This document shows positions 52,201-64,000 of a DNA stretch of 64,000 bases, piece after piece. A program made the translations under genes and the position numbers. Positions within the stretch are counted from its first letter, which is position 1, and each line of letters begins with the position of its first letter. The notes under the pieces are model-generated. The model was not told where the DNA came from. It saw nothing but the letters and a program-made list of their open reading frames with translations, and searched no databases. Source of the DNA: Phoronis australis (taxonomy: Eukaryota > Animalia > Phoronida); assembly GCA_002633005.1 (NCBI GenBank), contig NMRA01000673.1, forward strand, positions 91,610 to 155,609, read 5' to 3'.

Positions 52201-55200
52201 ATGCTTTTCTGTTCCTTAGATAAGTTAAAACTTTTATTAACAGCGATTATAGTGTACCTTTTCGAAACACGAAGTCGCATTTAAATCGCAGTTGAAGCAC
52301 GCCGAGTTGAAAATGATCAGAACTCCGTATCTACTCTTCCGCTTGCCGTCGTTGCTTACGTGAACTTTGTACGCTATTGGTTCATGCGGCAGTCGACTTG
52401 CTGACAGCTGATCTGGCGATGGCAACCGGCAGGTTACTTCCGCATAATTTTCAAACTCTGCTGGTTGGTTGATGCTGACATTGCTAACCGAGGTCAAACC
52501 ATCACTACCTATCTGCTCGAAGACAAAACAAAGAAAATAAAACTATTAAAAACTGCGCAGAATTTTATTTAATTGCTTAACATAAAATTATGAAATATTA
52601 TTACAAAATTCCGTTGGCATGATACCCTTTCCTTTTATTGAGGTCTTATTCTTTAGAACGGATGATGTACATAAGGAGAAGAAATCCGTTTGGTTTTCTG
52701 GAGCGTTGTGGACAAATGTGCTCCGTTGTCCCTCCTTACATACATGTAGAAAATCAAGCGGCTGGGGTAAATTTGAGATCATTTGTTGAGTGTTAGGTGG
52801 ACTCGTTTTCATTTTAATATTTCAGCCATTTTAACTTAAGGTTTTGTAATAGTAATTATTGTCGATATATCAGGATGCAGATCGTGTTTTCTTGTTTTAT
52901 GCATGATTTCATGAACTCTTCTTCATGTTTTACACCTTTTGTCAGAAACATAGTGTTCTGAGTTGACTGAAGAACAGCCATGCTCTGAACGCGTACGCCC
53001 AATAAATTTTCTCTATGAGGCTTTTATCGGAGCATGACTCCAATTCAGCTATGTCATTTGTTCCCAAAGTGTCCAATGCTCAAGACATTTCAACGAACAT
53101 CGTGAGCTTTGCGGAATACTTGTATTAAGCCAAATAAGAGGTGTGCTTATTCAATTTTTTGGATTGTGCCGGAGTTTCTTCGGCTAAATTTTTAATCCAG
53201 TGAGCATAGCACATTATTTTTGCGTTCGTACGCTAAAGCTTTATTTTACTGTTTCCACGAAACGACTCAAACGATCAAGTCCATTAATTGATGGGCATAC
53301 TTACTGCACACTCATAAAAGTGACAAGTTATATTAAGGTCCTCAAGGAAGCCGTTCCCAATAACTGGATTCGTCCGACACGGTCGTGTTTTCATATCACA
53401 CATGGGTGTGTAGAGCAAAAGAGGAATTGCCGTCACGTTTATCGAACAATCAGGTGCGCTAAACCCGGAGAAGCATTCACATGTCCCTAAAACAAAAAAA
53501 ATGATGTTGAAATGAAGCTTTTTCAGCCATGACTTCAGGAACCGAATACCGAAGCTGCAATACCAGTTCATTTCATTACTTTTCAACACCGAGCATTGAT
53601 ATGCGTCCACCGTGTGCACCGCATACAGTGCAAAGCATCATTATGTTAAACATACCAGGATGTGGGCCAACACTAGCAAACTTAAAACCGTCTTTACGGG
53701 GTACAAGCCTGTAATTATCTCCTTAATACGAACAAAAACGCAACCTTTGTTTCATTATGATTCTTCCATCAGTTAAGAGGATAGAGAGATAGACAACAAA
53801 AGCAGACATAAAATGAGGAAAAGCCATTAAGGGCAAAAAGTAGGCGAAATGTGGAACTAGGTGCTGTCGTCCACGCAAACTTTTCCTTCACAGGTTAATA
53901 AGCATTCATAAAAACCTTTGTAGATATTAAGACACACGCAAATAAAAACAAGTTTGCCAACAGGGGTTCCACTGCAACCAGAAATATAAGGAATCAATGT
54001 CAGATGTACATCTCCTCAATTTCAGGAAGACCCTCCAAAGACCTCGGTAGATACATGTATTCAGGAACAGGCGAAAAACAAAATTAAGTGAAGCAGAGAG
54101 GCCACATCAGTAAGTCAGAAAAAGAACATCAGGCATGCTCTTCCTAGCTGGTCGCAATTTCTATGCCTCTATGATTGGTTTGGCCGACTGAGAGGTGGAT
54201 TTAAATAACGGAACCTAAACATATAGAAATGGCCTCAAAGTGGAGTACGATACATTAAATCCATTCGAACATGGAAAGGTGTCATCGCCCTAGTAGTAGA
54301 ATCGTATTTGCTAAGTTTAGTACAAATACCTTAAGGAATGCCACAATACAAACGAAAATAATGGAAAAATGGCACGTAGGGGCACAGCAGAAGTCCGACA
54401 CGTGGAAAAATCGAAATCATCTCATGGAATTACAATTGCTAAATTTTAGAAAGATCCTGCATGCGTGTAGGAAAAACAGCTGCCAAAACCAAATGTGCTA
54501 AAAGGGGAAATCACGGTAGGCGCAGGCGTCTGAAAATTAATGTCAACCATGAGCTCAGTGGCAAGACGTTTGCCAGTTTGCTTAATAGTTCTTTGAGTGG
54601 AATGGCGGATAGAGAGGCCGGGGGACAAATACAAATTCGACAGCAGTCAAAATGACCGCTAGGTAGTCCAGAATTCTTCGAATCCAATCAAAAATAGACA
54701 GTATCATCGTCTTGTTAATAGATAATCATTTGACAAATTCCGCCAAAATCCGTCAAGGTTCCGATATAAAGGCAAATGTACATGTAAAGATCTAATTTGC
54801 TACTACGTGGCACAGCGGTTGTCGAATCCTTTCAAAAGTCATCGTCATTCATTGTCACGATTTGGTGGATAGAGAGGCCGACGCCAAGAACCAGATTCGA
54901 AAACAATAAAGGTGGCACAGGGTACGTTGAATCTAACTGAAGATGGGAGGACGTTGTCACTTCTTCATTAGTTACCTAACAGTCACGAAAAACTGTCAAG
55001 GAACTCCAAAGATTCATGGGAAAATTAGTAGGGTTAACAGCGGTAGTAGGGTCCGCCCAAATATCGTCTCATGCTCAAAAGCAACAATTTTAGGTGTAAT
55101 CTCTGAAACGTGGTTTACTAAACATTTTGCACAAAAAGGAGTAAAAGTACTAGTACCGTTGACACACAATCCGTTATTGCTACACTCGTTGAAGCATATT

Positions 55201-58200
55201 GCGCCCTCTATTTCCGGCGGAGGGATAGTGTAATTCGCCTCGTTTGAGGGTTGAATCCATCGCGTGGTATTTTTGTCAAGTTCCGCCATACACTGTTGTT
55301 TAACAGTGTCCAGTGCTGCAACCGCCCAATTCTCGTCGTTGGTTGCCTAGTGAAAAATGGTGTGAGTCCATTTAAACTTGCTTAACATTTTCTCTAAACT
55401 CAGAATACAGAAAAGATGCATAAAACCCAAATATACCCTTTGAAGCGTAAATGCGTGTCTACAGGGATGTTTCACATGCACGCGCACGTGTACACCTAAG
55501 TGTAGAAGGGGTTCATTTGTGTTTACTACGTCATTGCATTCTGTGTTCACCGTTTTGCTACAGGTGAAGCACACTTGTAGAGATTGCTCTTCAGGTGTAT
55601 TTTAGTTTTTTGGTGCATACTTATCAAATGCGATTCCGTATTACACTGAAAAACTCCAGTTAGCGATATTGTTAATCATGCTATTAATCACATTACACTG
55701 TGTGTTTTTATGATATAGTTCTTCGTAATTTTGTTTCGAAAACTACATGTACATGTACTGCCGAATCCCTGGATTTCTGCGCAGATCAAAAAACAATGGC
55801 TTTGGAAGAACTTCACTTCATTGAAGTATAACGTCAATTATTACGCAGCGTCCAGCCAACCCCACGACACACACTGCCCTCCATTTGATTTAAACCACTA
55901 AAACATGTCGTCACCTCCTTACGTTCCAGAGCAATACCCGTTTTAGCAAATCACGTACTTTTAACGTGGATAATAACACACTTAGGGTTTTGATGCAGAT
56001 TTTCTAAATATCACGGATACAAGTAAAATGTTGTTGTGTACCAGACCGACGCAAGCAATTCAGAATTCTTTAGTACCAACGACATTTTTGAAGAGCCACA
56101 GTCACACAACTCAGTAGCAGTGTACGTGATAAGTTGTGTGTATGGCATGGTATGTTTTAAAGATGACAAACAAGTCGTTTTAAGAAAATGTGAAGTTGTT
56201 TTCCATTGTCGTGGTCAATTCAATTTTTTCCAAGACAAGTACGATAGAGAGCAAAAGCGCCACTGGATGGTAAACAGCAGAATTAGACCTAAGTGTAGCA
56301 GAACACTAATTAGCCTCTTTATCAAAGCATCCACAAATCAACACTTACTAATAAATCTAATACGCAAGCTTCGATTGGAGATTGGGTGTCCACATTGAGT
56401 TCAGAGCACTTCTGCCCAGCAGTAGTTCGAAAGATAAAAGTTCTACAAAACTCTCTGGCAGTATCTTCAGTGTAAGGTTGAGCCCGCTTATACCTAGGCT
56501 ACAATAAAAATGGAAAAAGACGTATAAAGATTTTGAAATATTCAGCCTAATCTTCCAGCTGATATCAAATCCACATTCCGAATTTATCGTGAACAATCTC
56601 AATAGAATTTAAAGAGAAAATTACTTATTCAAGTAAGCTTACTGAGTAATGGTTTGACGATATTCCTTCTAAGTCTTCCTCCCGGGGTTGTGCCACTAAG
56701 TTGTACTCACTTTCGTCGTAGTCGAGAAAGTCGTAATGGTCGTGAAAGCTGGTTTCCCGTCTTTTTCGACAAGACTGGAACTTCTTATCTGCTACGTCGC
56801 GCTGTGTTCTCTTTGGCTTACACTTGGGCACGTCACCTCCTGCTTTGCAATCAATGTCGATGTCAGGGTTGTCTTTGGCGCATGTGCAAAAGACGTGTCC
56901 ATCGAAAGTCGTGATTCTCTGGTCTTTATCGAAGAGTTCGGCATTCCAGTGCAGGATAGTTTGCGTTTTTGCCAGCCTATTGTATTCAACGAATATTGTG
57001 TTGTAAAATCTATTAAACAGTTACTGACCTTCACAGATGTTAATGCTTAGGTTTCCAGACAACAAAAACTTGACTTTAACCTAGACGGAGCCGAGGTAAT
57101 TATCACATTTTTGGTGTCTAAATCCTACGTACTGACCGAGTGTGCAAGTTAATACTTGTTTTATGATTACCATGCATGCACCCAAGGGGAGTTCGAACGA
57201 GCTTGTTCGAGCCCCCACCCATTTTCGAAGTTGGCAAACAGGTCCGCCTCGGAGAAACGGAAACAGAGAAGAAATGTAGAAAATAAACTAACACTTCATA
57301 TTAAAACGACAGGAAATGAACCAAAATTCAGGGAAAGCACAATTCATAGTTTTGAACGTACCCCGTGAATCTTAGTAAAAGGTCCACATTCTCCACAATT
57401 CGAGCATCCACATTATTTAGGCTGGATGAGGGCACGTTTACATCAGCTAAATATTTTCTGGATGGAGCCTGTGTTAGGGCTTTCGCTCATTTTGCGATCA
57501 CTCGTTCCTTCAGTAAGTTACCGGTATTCTACCTGTGACTTTGTGGAAAGATTTTGCGTAAAAATTTGCTTTTGTGTATGGTAGGTGCTCGGAAAAGATA
57601 ACGGAGTGATCGACTACATTTTACGAAAGATGCCGTGGTTTGTTGACATGCACTCGCCGTTTCGGGTATTGGAAATCAGTAAGCATTTTGCCTTTATAAG
57701 CACACAGTTAGCAATAGCGTGTTGATAGTAACTGGAATTGCTTGATGCATGTTTGCATTCACAAGGTGGTTTACATTAACTGCCATTTTAAAACAAATAT
57801 GGCGTCAGACTAGGAATGACACAAACATATATAAAGTTTTTGCGGACCCGGCGACGTGCTGATGGCAAAGTGGTAAATCAGCAACGGATTACCAACAACA
57901 AGATCAGAATGAGCTCGACTTTACGTCAAAAAAAGGGGAAACGAATATTCAAATCGTGTTACCACAGCAACGGTCAATGAATCTAAGAGCAGCCATTGTG
58001 ATCCTCAATTATGAGTAAATGGTTTATCATTCTTCCAAATCACACAATAACAGTGGTCACATGCCCACTAATACAGTACTTCAGTACACTGAATAGATAA
58101 AACGCAATACGATGATTTCCGTTATGACTGAAGTGATATTGACCGGGTGCCGTGGAATTTTATGTTTCATTTATACGTTCCGGATGTCAGATTTCACTAG

Positions 58201-61200
58201 TCCTGATCGATTCATTTACAGACTGCAGAAACAGAGAACCCCTGGGCGATGATGTAAATAAATGGACTTTCGGCCGCGGGCAACATCGCTCGTCCTCGGG
58301 CATACAAGGGAACAAAAGTTGTCACTACATGTATGTTGCTCACTTCTCTAAGGTCTATCTACACCACCAAACATCCCCACCCCATTCAATACCTCCAACT
58401 CTCTCGGAATACGTCTGGATGCAAAGGTCTTGCTGATCCACAGTTCCTGCTGTAGCCGTTAGGGAGCGTACGATGATCCTTAGGGATGAGGTCATTAGCA
58501 CAGTTCTGGTCGAACAAACCACACAACCCTTCTGTTTGTCCAAAGTCACTTTGAGAAGCCTCAATGTACAAGTTGATAAACTTCCTGTACGAGTCCTCCA
58601 CGATCACCGAAGTGCCAGATTGAAGTTGTACCTGGAATGAACAACAAACGAAATCATTCGTCTCCACTAACCCGATGAGCAGAAATAATGAAGTTGTGGA
58701 ATTCAGCGCAAACGCCTGCAAGCGTGATAACGAGCAAATTGAAGACACAAACCTCGGTCGCCTATTTCAAAACAGCGCCATACGGAGGTGTTACTACCCG
58801 GAGGACCATTTCATCAAATATCATATCGTCATTAAGACGACCGCAAGCATGTAATTGTAAACGCAACCTAGTAGGCATTTCCAGAACTGACATTTTTACG
58901 AGATTGCTTTTTATTGCATGATTGGTTGATTGGCTGAGATGGCATGTGTGAACATTTAATGCCAGAACAAATTTGGAATTCCGAATTAGCTAAAGCTATC
59001 CCAAGATTAAGTAAGCGGTAGTATTTGTGGGAATTATCATAACAAAAGCATCAATCGTCGTATGTAGAAAACTAGAGGTTCCATGTACATGTATGTTATT
59101 GATAAGTCACGTTTGAAAGCTTGCAAAACTAGTCTTTTCTTAATGAGCTCGATAGGATGCGTTAAACACGAAAGATCGAAGTTGACGTAAACGTGACCTT
59201 GATATCATTCAGTGTGATTTCAATCCCAGCCTCATCTAGGAAATAAAACCAAATCAGAGAGTGGAAAAGACTATGATTGATTTTATATGTGTAAAAACTC
59301 AAATTCTTAAGACGTTCTTTGGATGAAATGGGATAGTGACGATTGCAAAGACGGCAGGGATTAAGGTTTGAGGAGATCGACTTAACAGTCCAATTCATTC
59401 CAAAATACAATTTGCGAGTGAAATTCGTCAAATGATTAAAATAGTTGGTCTTTATAATGTATACGTGAATGCCGTACTGAAGCTAACTGTACGGACAGAG
59501 AGTGAGTCAGCACCTGATGGTATATTTCTCACGATTGTTTAAAAAGCATTACGTCCAAAACCGGATGGCTTAAAAAGATGAAGTGCTCGAAGCCGTGGCA
59601 CTGTGGTGGCTTGCGAGCAAATAGATATCAGGGTTGAATTGCAATGAGATCTGAATTGCTTTCCAACAACATGCTTAAAAGAGTTTATAACGGCATTACC
59701 ACAGCAATCAATATGAAAACACGAGTAGCCCACATGGAAAAATATTGTCCCCGAAGTGTAGACCGCGAGTTTTTAACTTCATCCTCTGTCTAAATCACAA
59801 AACAGCCACGCTCATGACCGTCTTCAAGAGCCACGTCCAATATATGTACACCTGTGCAAATTAAAATCGGAGTTCCCACCGTCCTATAGCAAAGAACCAA
59901 TTTATGACTCTTGATAAAACGGGCGACTGGGCTTTCGCTTCTGAGCAGAGTTATGACAAAAATAGCTGGCAAACTGGGGCAAAATATCGTTTTCCGCATG
60001 GCGACTCCTTCAGCCAACTGCAAAATGACCGGTGACGACTGAAGGCTAATCTGAAGAGAAATTTGGCATCCGGCAACGCAACGTGTGGGGGAATTCTGGG
60101 TAATTTTGCCAGAATTCTTGAACGTGTAGTGTAGCTACCACATTCTTACAACGTATCGTTTCCCGCCATTCTCCTGGAGAATTCTTGTTCCTCTCCTTAC
60201 AGAGCACGGGCCTCGTGCAGCGATGCGCAGTCGTGTTTGTCCTGGACCCCAGGCTGTCATGTCAATCACACCTCTGCTACATTTGTCAAACATTATGACG
60301 TCGCTCACAGCAAGGATACCAACAGCGCAGTTGCAGTAGGGCGCTCTCCCGTTGCCGTTGCAGCTTTTAAAGTGGGCGTGAACCTGTCAGAGAATTAACT
60401 TCTGTTATTATAGAAGATCTACAGTTTGAATTAATAATCTGTTTAATATTAAGCGACCTCTTCTAAACCTGAATCACGTTCATGAAATTATAACAATGGA
60501 GTTGTCTTCATGATACATGTAGTATCCGATTTTGTTAAATCACCTGCCTGTCCTAGACGTGTGATTACATGTATTTCATTAGAGTCACGTGCTGAGAAGT
60601 GTTAATGGGCCCGGATTTCATACTCTTAATCATTCCCTTCGCTCAATGGGGCCTTCGACGCATAGCTAATATAAAAATTTACAGGCGGGNNNNNNNNNNN
60701 NNNNNNNNNNNNNNNNNNNNNNNNNNNNNTAAAAATTTACAGGCGGGTTTAAAGGAAGCTTTTTCAGTGTCCACCGATAGAACATAGGACATGTAGCTGC
60801 TGTTGGTATTTGCTTTAGCCAACATGTATATTGTGGTCAAGTGATTCTCAAGGCCAACTCCTTAACTGGGTATACATTGTACATGTACATGTACTTGATG
60901 TGCATGTGACCTACAAGGAGATTCTAAGAGATCCCATGTCATTTTTTAAAAAACGAAACTTCCCCTCAATACCTACCAGGCAATCGTCGCTGATGTCCTA
61001 AAAATAGCCAGCAAAGAGCCCACCGGGAATTTTAACCCCTGGGTAGTTAGAGCTGCATTTACCCTACAGTTTAATTGTTGCCATGGCTATTGACACTCTT
61101 TCTAAACCTGTATTGTTGTTACGAGAAAATAGCACCTGCAGGGCTGCGTTACGTAGACTCAAAACACGCAATTGCGGCGAGAAACTATCGGCAGCATCCA

Positions 61201-63358
61201 AACTGTTCATCCATAAACCAATCGCATCACTAGCTAGATTTCGCTGGCAAGGTTTCAAGACTATTCGGGAAACAGTCGCCTTCACTGGCGTGGTCTTGTG
61301 TGATTTCGCTTTTCTCGCAACAAACGTGATTTACGGAAGGCTACGCATGTGTGAAAACAGCTCGCACCTACCTCAAATGGTTGAGTTTTGTGCCTGTACA
61401 GCAAGAAGTAGCCTTCCGTCTGAAGCTCATATGTTCTATAAGTAAATGAGACATGTTTGACGATTATTCACGTAGATTCGGTTCTGATAAAGAACGAATC
61501 ACACAATTTATAATTGATATGAAAAACATAAGGTAAAGTTAACGTTTGTGTTAGAGATAGTACTTTGGACGAGAAACTGGCAACCCATGGTTAAATTTAC
61601 ATGCACTTTCCCCAAGCAGGGTGGAAGTAATACAGCGAAACTATTATCAACAAACCTGCCAAACTTCCTCAAGTATACATTCAGCTACATATACTGTACA
61701 TGTAATTCTGCTCAACACATTCTTACTCTTCTTGAGTAAAACTAAATTATTTACCCGGGTGTTGGAAAATTGGCGTTCTTCAGTTATTCAGCTGCTAAAA
61801 TTAATTGTCATGCGCTCTTTAGGTGCCATTACGTCACCTATTGGCCAATTCCCATGTTCTTAAATCAACTGTGAGGTTCATGTCATCACAATCGGAAGTA
61901 GTGTCATTTCGTAACAACCAAATTTCAGAACAAACCTTCGAGAGATAACGCAAAATTTTTGGAAATGGCGAGTACGTGCGCGTGTCACGACCATACACTT
62001 TTTCAAAACGACGTCAGATTCTCCTTAGTTACGAGGCGGAGGGCCGTAACGGGCAAGGTGAATGTCGGTTCCCAGATTCTGCATGTACTTCTGCAGGTTG
62101 TTAGCTCTAATTTTCATGAGGAGGTGACGAGCTGAGCACCCGGGTAATGCGAAATTTCGGTGTTTAACGGAGCTCTAGACACGGCTACCTACATGTAGCT
62201 GAAGTATGTACATTTATGATGCAACTTTTGTAACTATACATCTATATACTTTGAACATGGCCTCTTCAAGAAGTACATGTACTCCCGTCTCTTGCGATGA
62301 ACACTGTAGCTGTAGCTATTTCCCCTCGGCGTTTTCCACTAGCTACTATACATGTACACCTGTATCTAGTTCGTATTAAAAGTATTTGAATACTATGATC
62401 TAGTTATGGCTTTGTGTCGGAGCGTGAATGTGCAGTTGAGCATGTAGACGATTTCACATGTTCCACAGAATCAATTCGTATGAAAATCAACCATTGGGAA
62501 TTCGCAAATCCCAATACATAAGCAGTAATAATGCATGCAGTTATGGTCCTAGGTTTTCAGTCAGAACGCATGCGCATCTCCCAATTCAACAATTACCTGT
62601 ATGTTTTGTTCGTCTGACAAATTAAAACCCCAAAAAGTAAAAAAGTAGCGCAGTGGAACTACTTAAAATGCTTGTTACCCGAACAATACGGCACTGACAC
62701 GTTGGCACCACTTCGATTCTAAAAACGAACGAGTGACCACCTTGTCCACAGGCGCGAGATCGGGTGAGCGGTGTTTGCGCAGTCGCAGATCTATTATTTT
62801 GTTCAGGAGGTTCGGAAAAGGGGTAGCCAGACGGAGTGCTCGAGATTTATCCACAGCAAAGTACAGTTCATGTACATGTAAGCAACAGAGTAGAGGTGGG
62901 TATTCCCTTGACCCTTTTCAGTTTCGCGCCTGTTGTTCACCATTGCAGGATTTTTCAACTCTTAAACAACCTCAGAATAATCCGATAAAGTGTTTGGCGG
63001 TCCATGATCCATGTTTGTCGGTCGATGACCCCTGCTCGTGAGTTCTTGCACTGAGCATATCGGGTGCTTGAGGCTTGTTTACAGACGGCCACAATTTGAT
63101 AATGATGGGCCAAACTCGATGGTTTTTACACAAGTCTACTTTCAGAACCTAGACTCCCTGAATGATCGTTGGGGGTTAGAAAGAGTTTTGTGTTATCATT
63201 TGAAACATGTTGTTTGTTGTAGGGAAATGGGGTTTAAGAAATACTGTATTGTCCTTTAAAATGTCCATAAATACTTACACACCATCAAACGTCTTCATGT
63301 GTGGGTCGTTAGTACTTCTACACACGGCAACGTCTTCGTCTTTGTCCTTTACGAGAAT
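49226..63358 (-). CDS. von Willebrand factor D and EGF domain-containing (VWDE-like) single-pass membrane protein, 3' part (5' end probably beyond the window)
   Basis: Exons in transcript order: 63279-63358, 61372-61435, 60150-60383, 58393-58631, 56643-56976, 56349-56498, 55157-55346, 53305-53486, 52258-52512, 51263-51377, 50140-50380, 49226-49286 (TGA). All phase-compatible. VWD motifs (DPHMKTFDG, CNCAV, TEGLCGLFD, FRESWR), EGF, TM helix, short tail. Confidence 0.9.
50140..50380 (-). CDS. VWDE-like exon: Thr-rich stalk and transmembrane helix
   Basis: ...WKIGIIVGVSVAVVLTLLIISLVVWSRKRRGR; hydrophobic run then basic stop-transfer residues; absent from the ORF track. Confidence 0.85.
51085..51220. 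repeat. Degenerate (CAT/CAC/CGT)n microsatellite
   Basis: catcatcatt...caccatcatcaccatcatc... Confidence 0.75.
51263..51377 (-). CDS. VWDE-like exon, Cys-rich module
   Basis: MNSCVINGSCYRNGEQSPHDRCNICLPDLSRSSWSPRK. Confidence 0.88.
52258..52512 (-). CDS. VWDE-like exon
   Basis: AEVTCRLP...YKVHVSNDGKRKS...IIFNSACFNC; phase 0/0. Confidence 0.88.
53305..53486 (-). CDS. VWDE-like exon, EGF end and following module
   Basis: GTCECFSGFSAPDCS...CDMKTRPC...GNGFLEDLNITCHF. Confidence 0.9.
54200..55012 (-). mobile_element. Old degenerate HINE-like fragment in a VWDE-like intron
   Basis: Family subunits (aaagtcatcgtc, gatagagaggccg, ctgtcaaggaactccaaaga) with no termini seen. Confidence 0.55.
55157..55346 (-). 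CDS. VWDE-like exon, EGF start
   Basis: WAVAALDTVKQQCMAELDKN...ICFNECSNNGLCVNG. Confidence 0.9.
56349..56498 (-). CDS. VWDE-like exon
   Basis: PRYKRAQPYTEDTAREFC...CSELNVDTQSPIEACVLDLL; phase 0/0. Confidence 0.85.
56643..56976 (-). CDS. VWDE-like exon, post-VWD linker
   Basis: LAKTQTILHW...FCTCAKD...CRKRRETSF...; phase 2/0. Confidence 0.82.
58393..58631 (-). CDS. VWDE-like exon, VWD C-terminal part
   Basis: VQLQSGTSV...SDFGQTEGLCGLFDQNCANDL...FRESWR. Confidence 0.93.
60150..60383 (-). CDS. VWDE-like exon, VWD middle part
   Basis: VHAHFKSCNGNGRAPYCNCAVGILAVSDVIMFDKC...GTRILQENGGKRYV. Confidence 0.9.
60690..60729. other. Assembly gap flanked by a duplicated 18-mer
   Basis: taaaaatttacaggcggg on both sides of the N run. 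Confidence 0.95.
61372..61435 (-). CDS. VWDE-like exon, VWD
   Basis: TYELQTEGYFLLYRHKTQPFE; phase 2/0. Confidence 0.85.
63279..63358 (-). CDS. VWDE-like exon, VWD start
   Basis: ILVKDKDEDVAVCRSTNDPHMKTFDG (C....DPH..TFDG). Confidence 0.9.
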
Positions 63359-63657
63359 CTATGAGTAGGAACGAGAAGAAACTCATCCGAAGCGATCTCC
63401 CTCACCAGACAAAAGACTTCGCTCACCAGACAAACAAATTCAAAAGTTTACATAACACGAATGTGGTTTTTAAGTACATTCGTGTTCAGTGTAATAGCAA
63501 TCACAATTACTTATCAACATTATGGAAAATGAGCTTCATTAGAGGTATGTGCACAGTGCACGCTTTATTTACATTTTAAAAAGTTCCTATACTACGTCTT
63601 GATTCCAAGGCTGAGGTGAAGTCTCGATATTTCGTTAAGTTTATCTAACCAGGCGTG

Positions 63658-63798
63658 CGTTCAGTAGACGCTAGGACCTGCGCTAGGACCTAGCTAAAAT
63701 CTAGTCAAAGTCACGTGTTCTCATTTAAAATACAAGGCAATATCTTACGTAATCTCGCGAAGACTTGCTTTTTAGCGAGGTCCTAGCGTTACTGAACG
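63658..63798. mobile_element. Small MITE-like inverted-repeat element
   Basis: cgttcagtagacgctaggacct...aggtcctagcgttactgaacg. Confidence 0.6.
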
Positions 63799-64000
63799 GG
63801 AGACGGCTCCTCCGGTGCATTGGAATGTTTATCTGCCATTTTTATTGTAAACTGTTACCGTATGCACATTTTGTGCCATTTTTGTAAAATTGTCGCTTGA
63901 CAATAAAAAGGGACAAAACATACATGTATGTACAGGTGGTTTTTGCTTCGTACATAGTGTGGACCTAGGTCTGAGGAGAAACGATAGACAGACCTTGCTA

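Noticed and set aside
57533-57809. Cys-containing stretch after an acceptor-like site in a VWDE-like intron
   Set aside because: Several in-frame stops, and exons 58393 and 56976 join in phase without it.
60672-60747. 18-bp direct repeat as a target-site duplication
   Set aside because: It flanks an N gap exactly, so it is most likely unmerged overlapping contig ends.

Overview
AT-rich, intron-rich animal DNA, probably from a bilaterian invertebrate, in a draft assembly with two N gaps. Almost every ORF in the supplied track is spurious. Three spliced genes could be rebuilt by hand with phase-consistent GT-AG junctions: (1) a minus-strand astacin (M12A) metalloprotease with a long acidic prodomain, protease, EGF, CUB, EGF and MAM domains (about 2.2-24/26.5 kb, both ends not found); (2) a plus-strand cathepsin L-like papain-family protease (37354 to at least 44774, last exon not found); (3) the 3' part of a minus-strand VWDE-like type I membrane protein (49226 to beyond 63358). 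Introns and intergenic DNA hold a Helentron-associated (HINE/DINE-1-like) family whose internal ~145-bp repeats each carry a co-oriented CTCF-like motif, Penelope-like GIY-YIG remnants in inverted arrangement, a Kolobok-like THAP element with TTAA target duplication, RTE-like LINE and DIRS/Ngaro RT fragments, MITEs, and degenerate telomere-like and trinucleotide tracts. All calls come from reading the sequence; no database searches were run.
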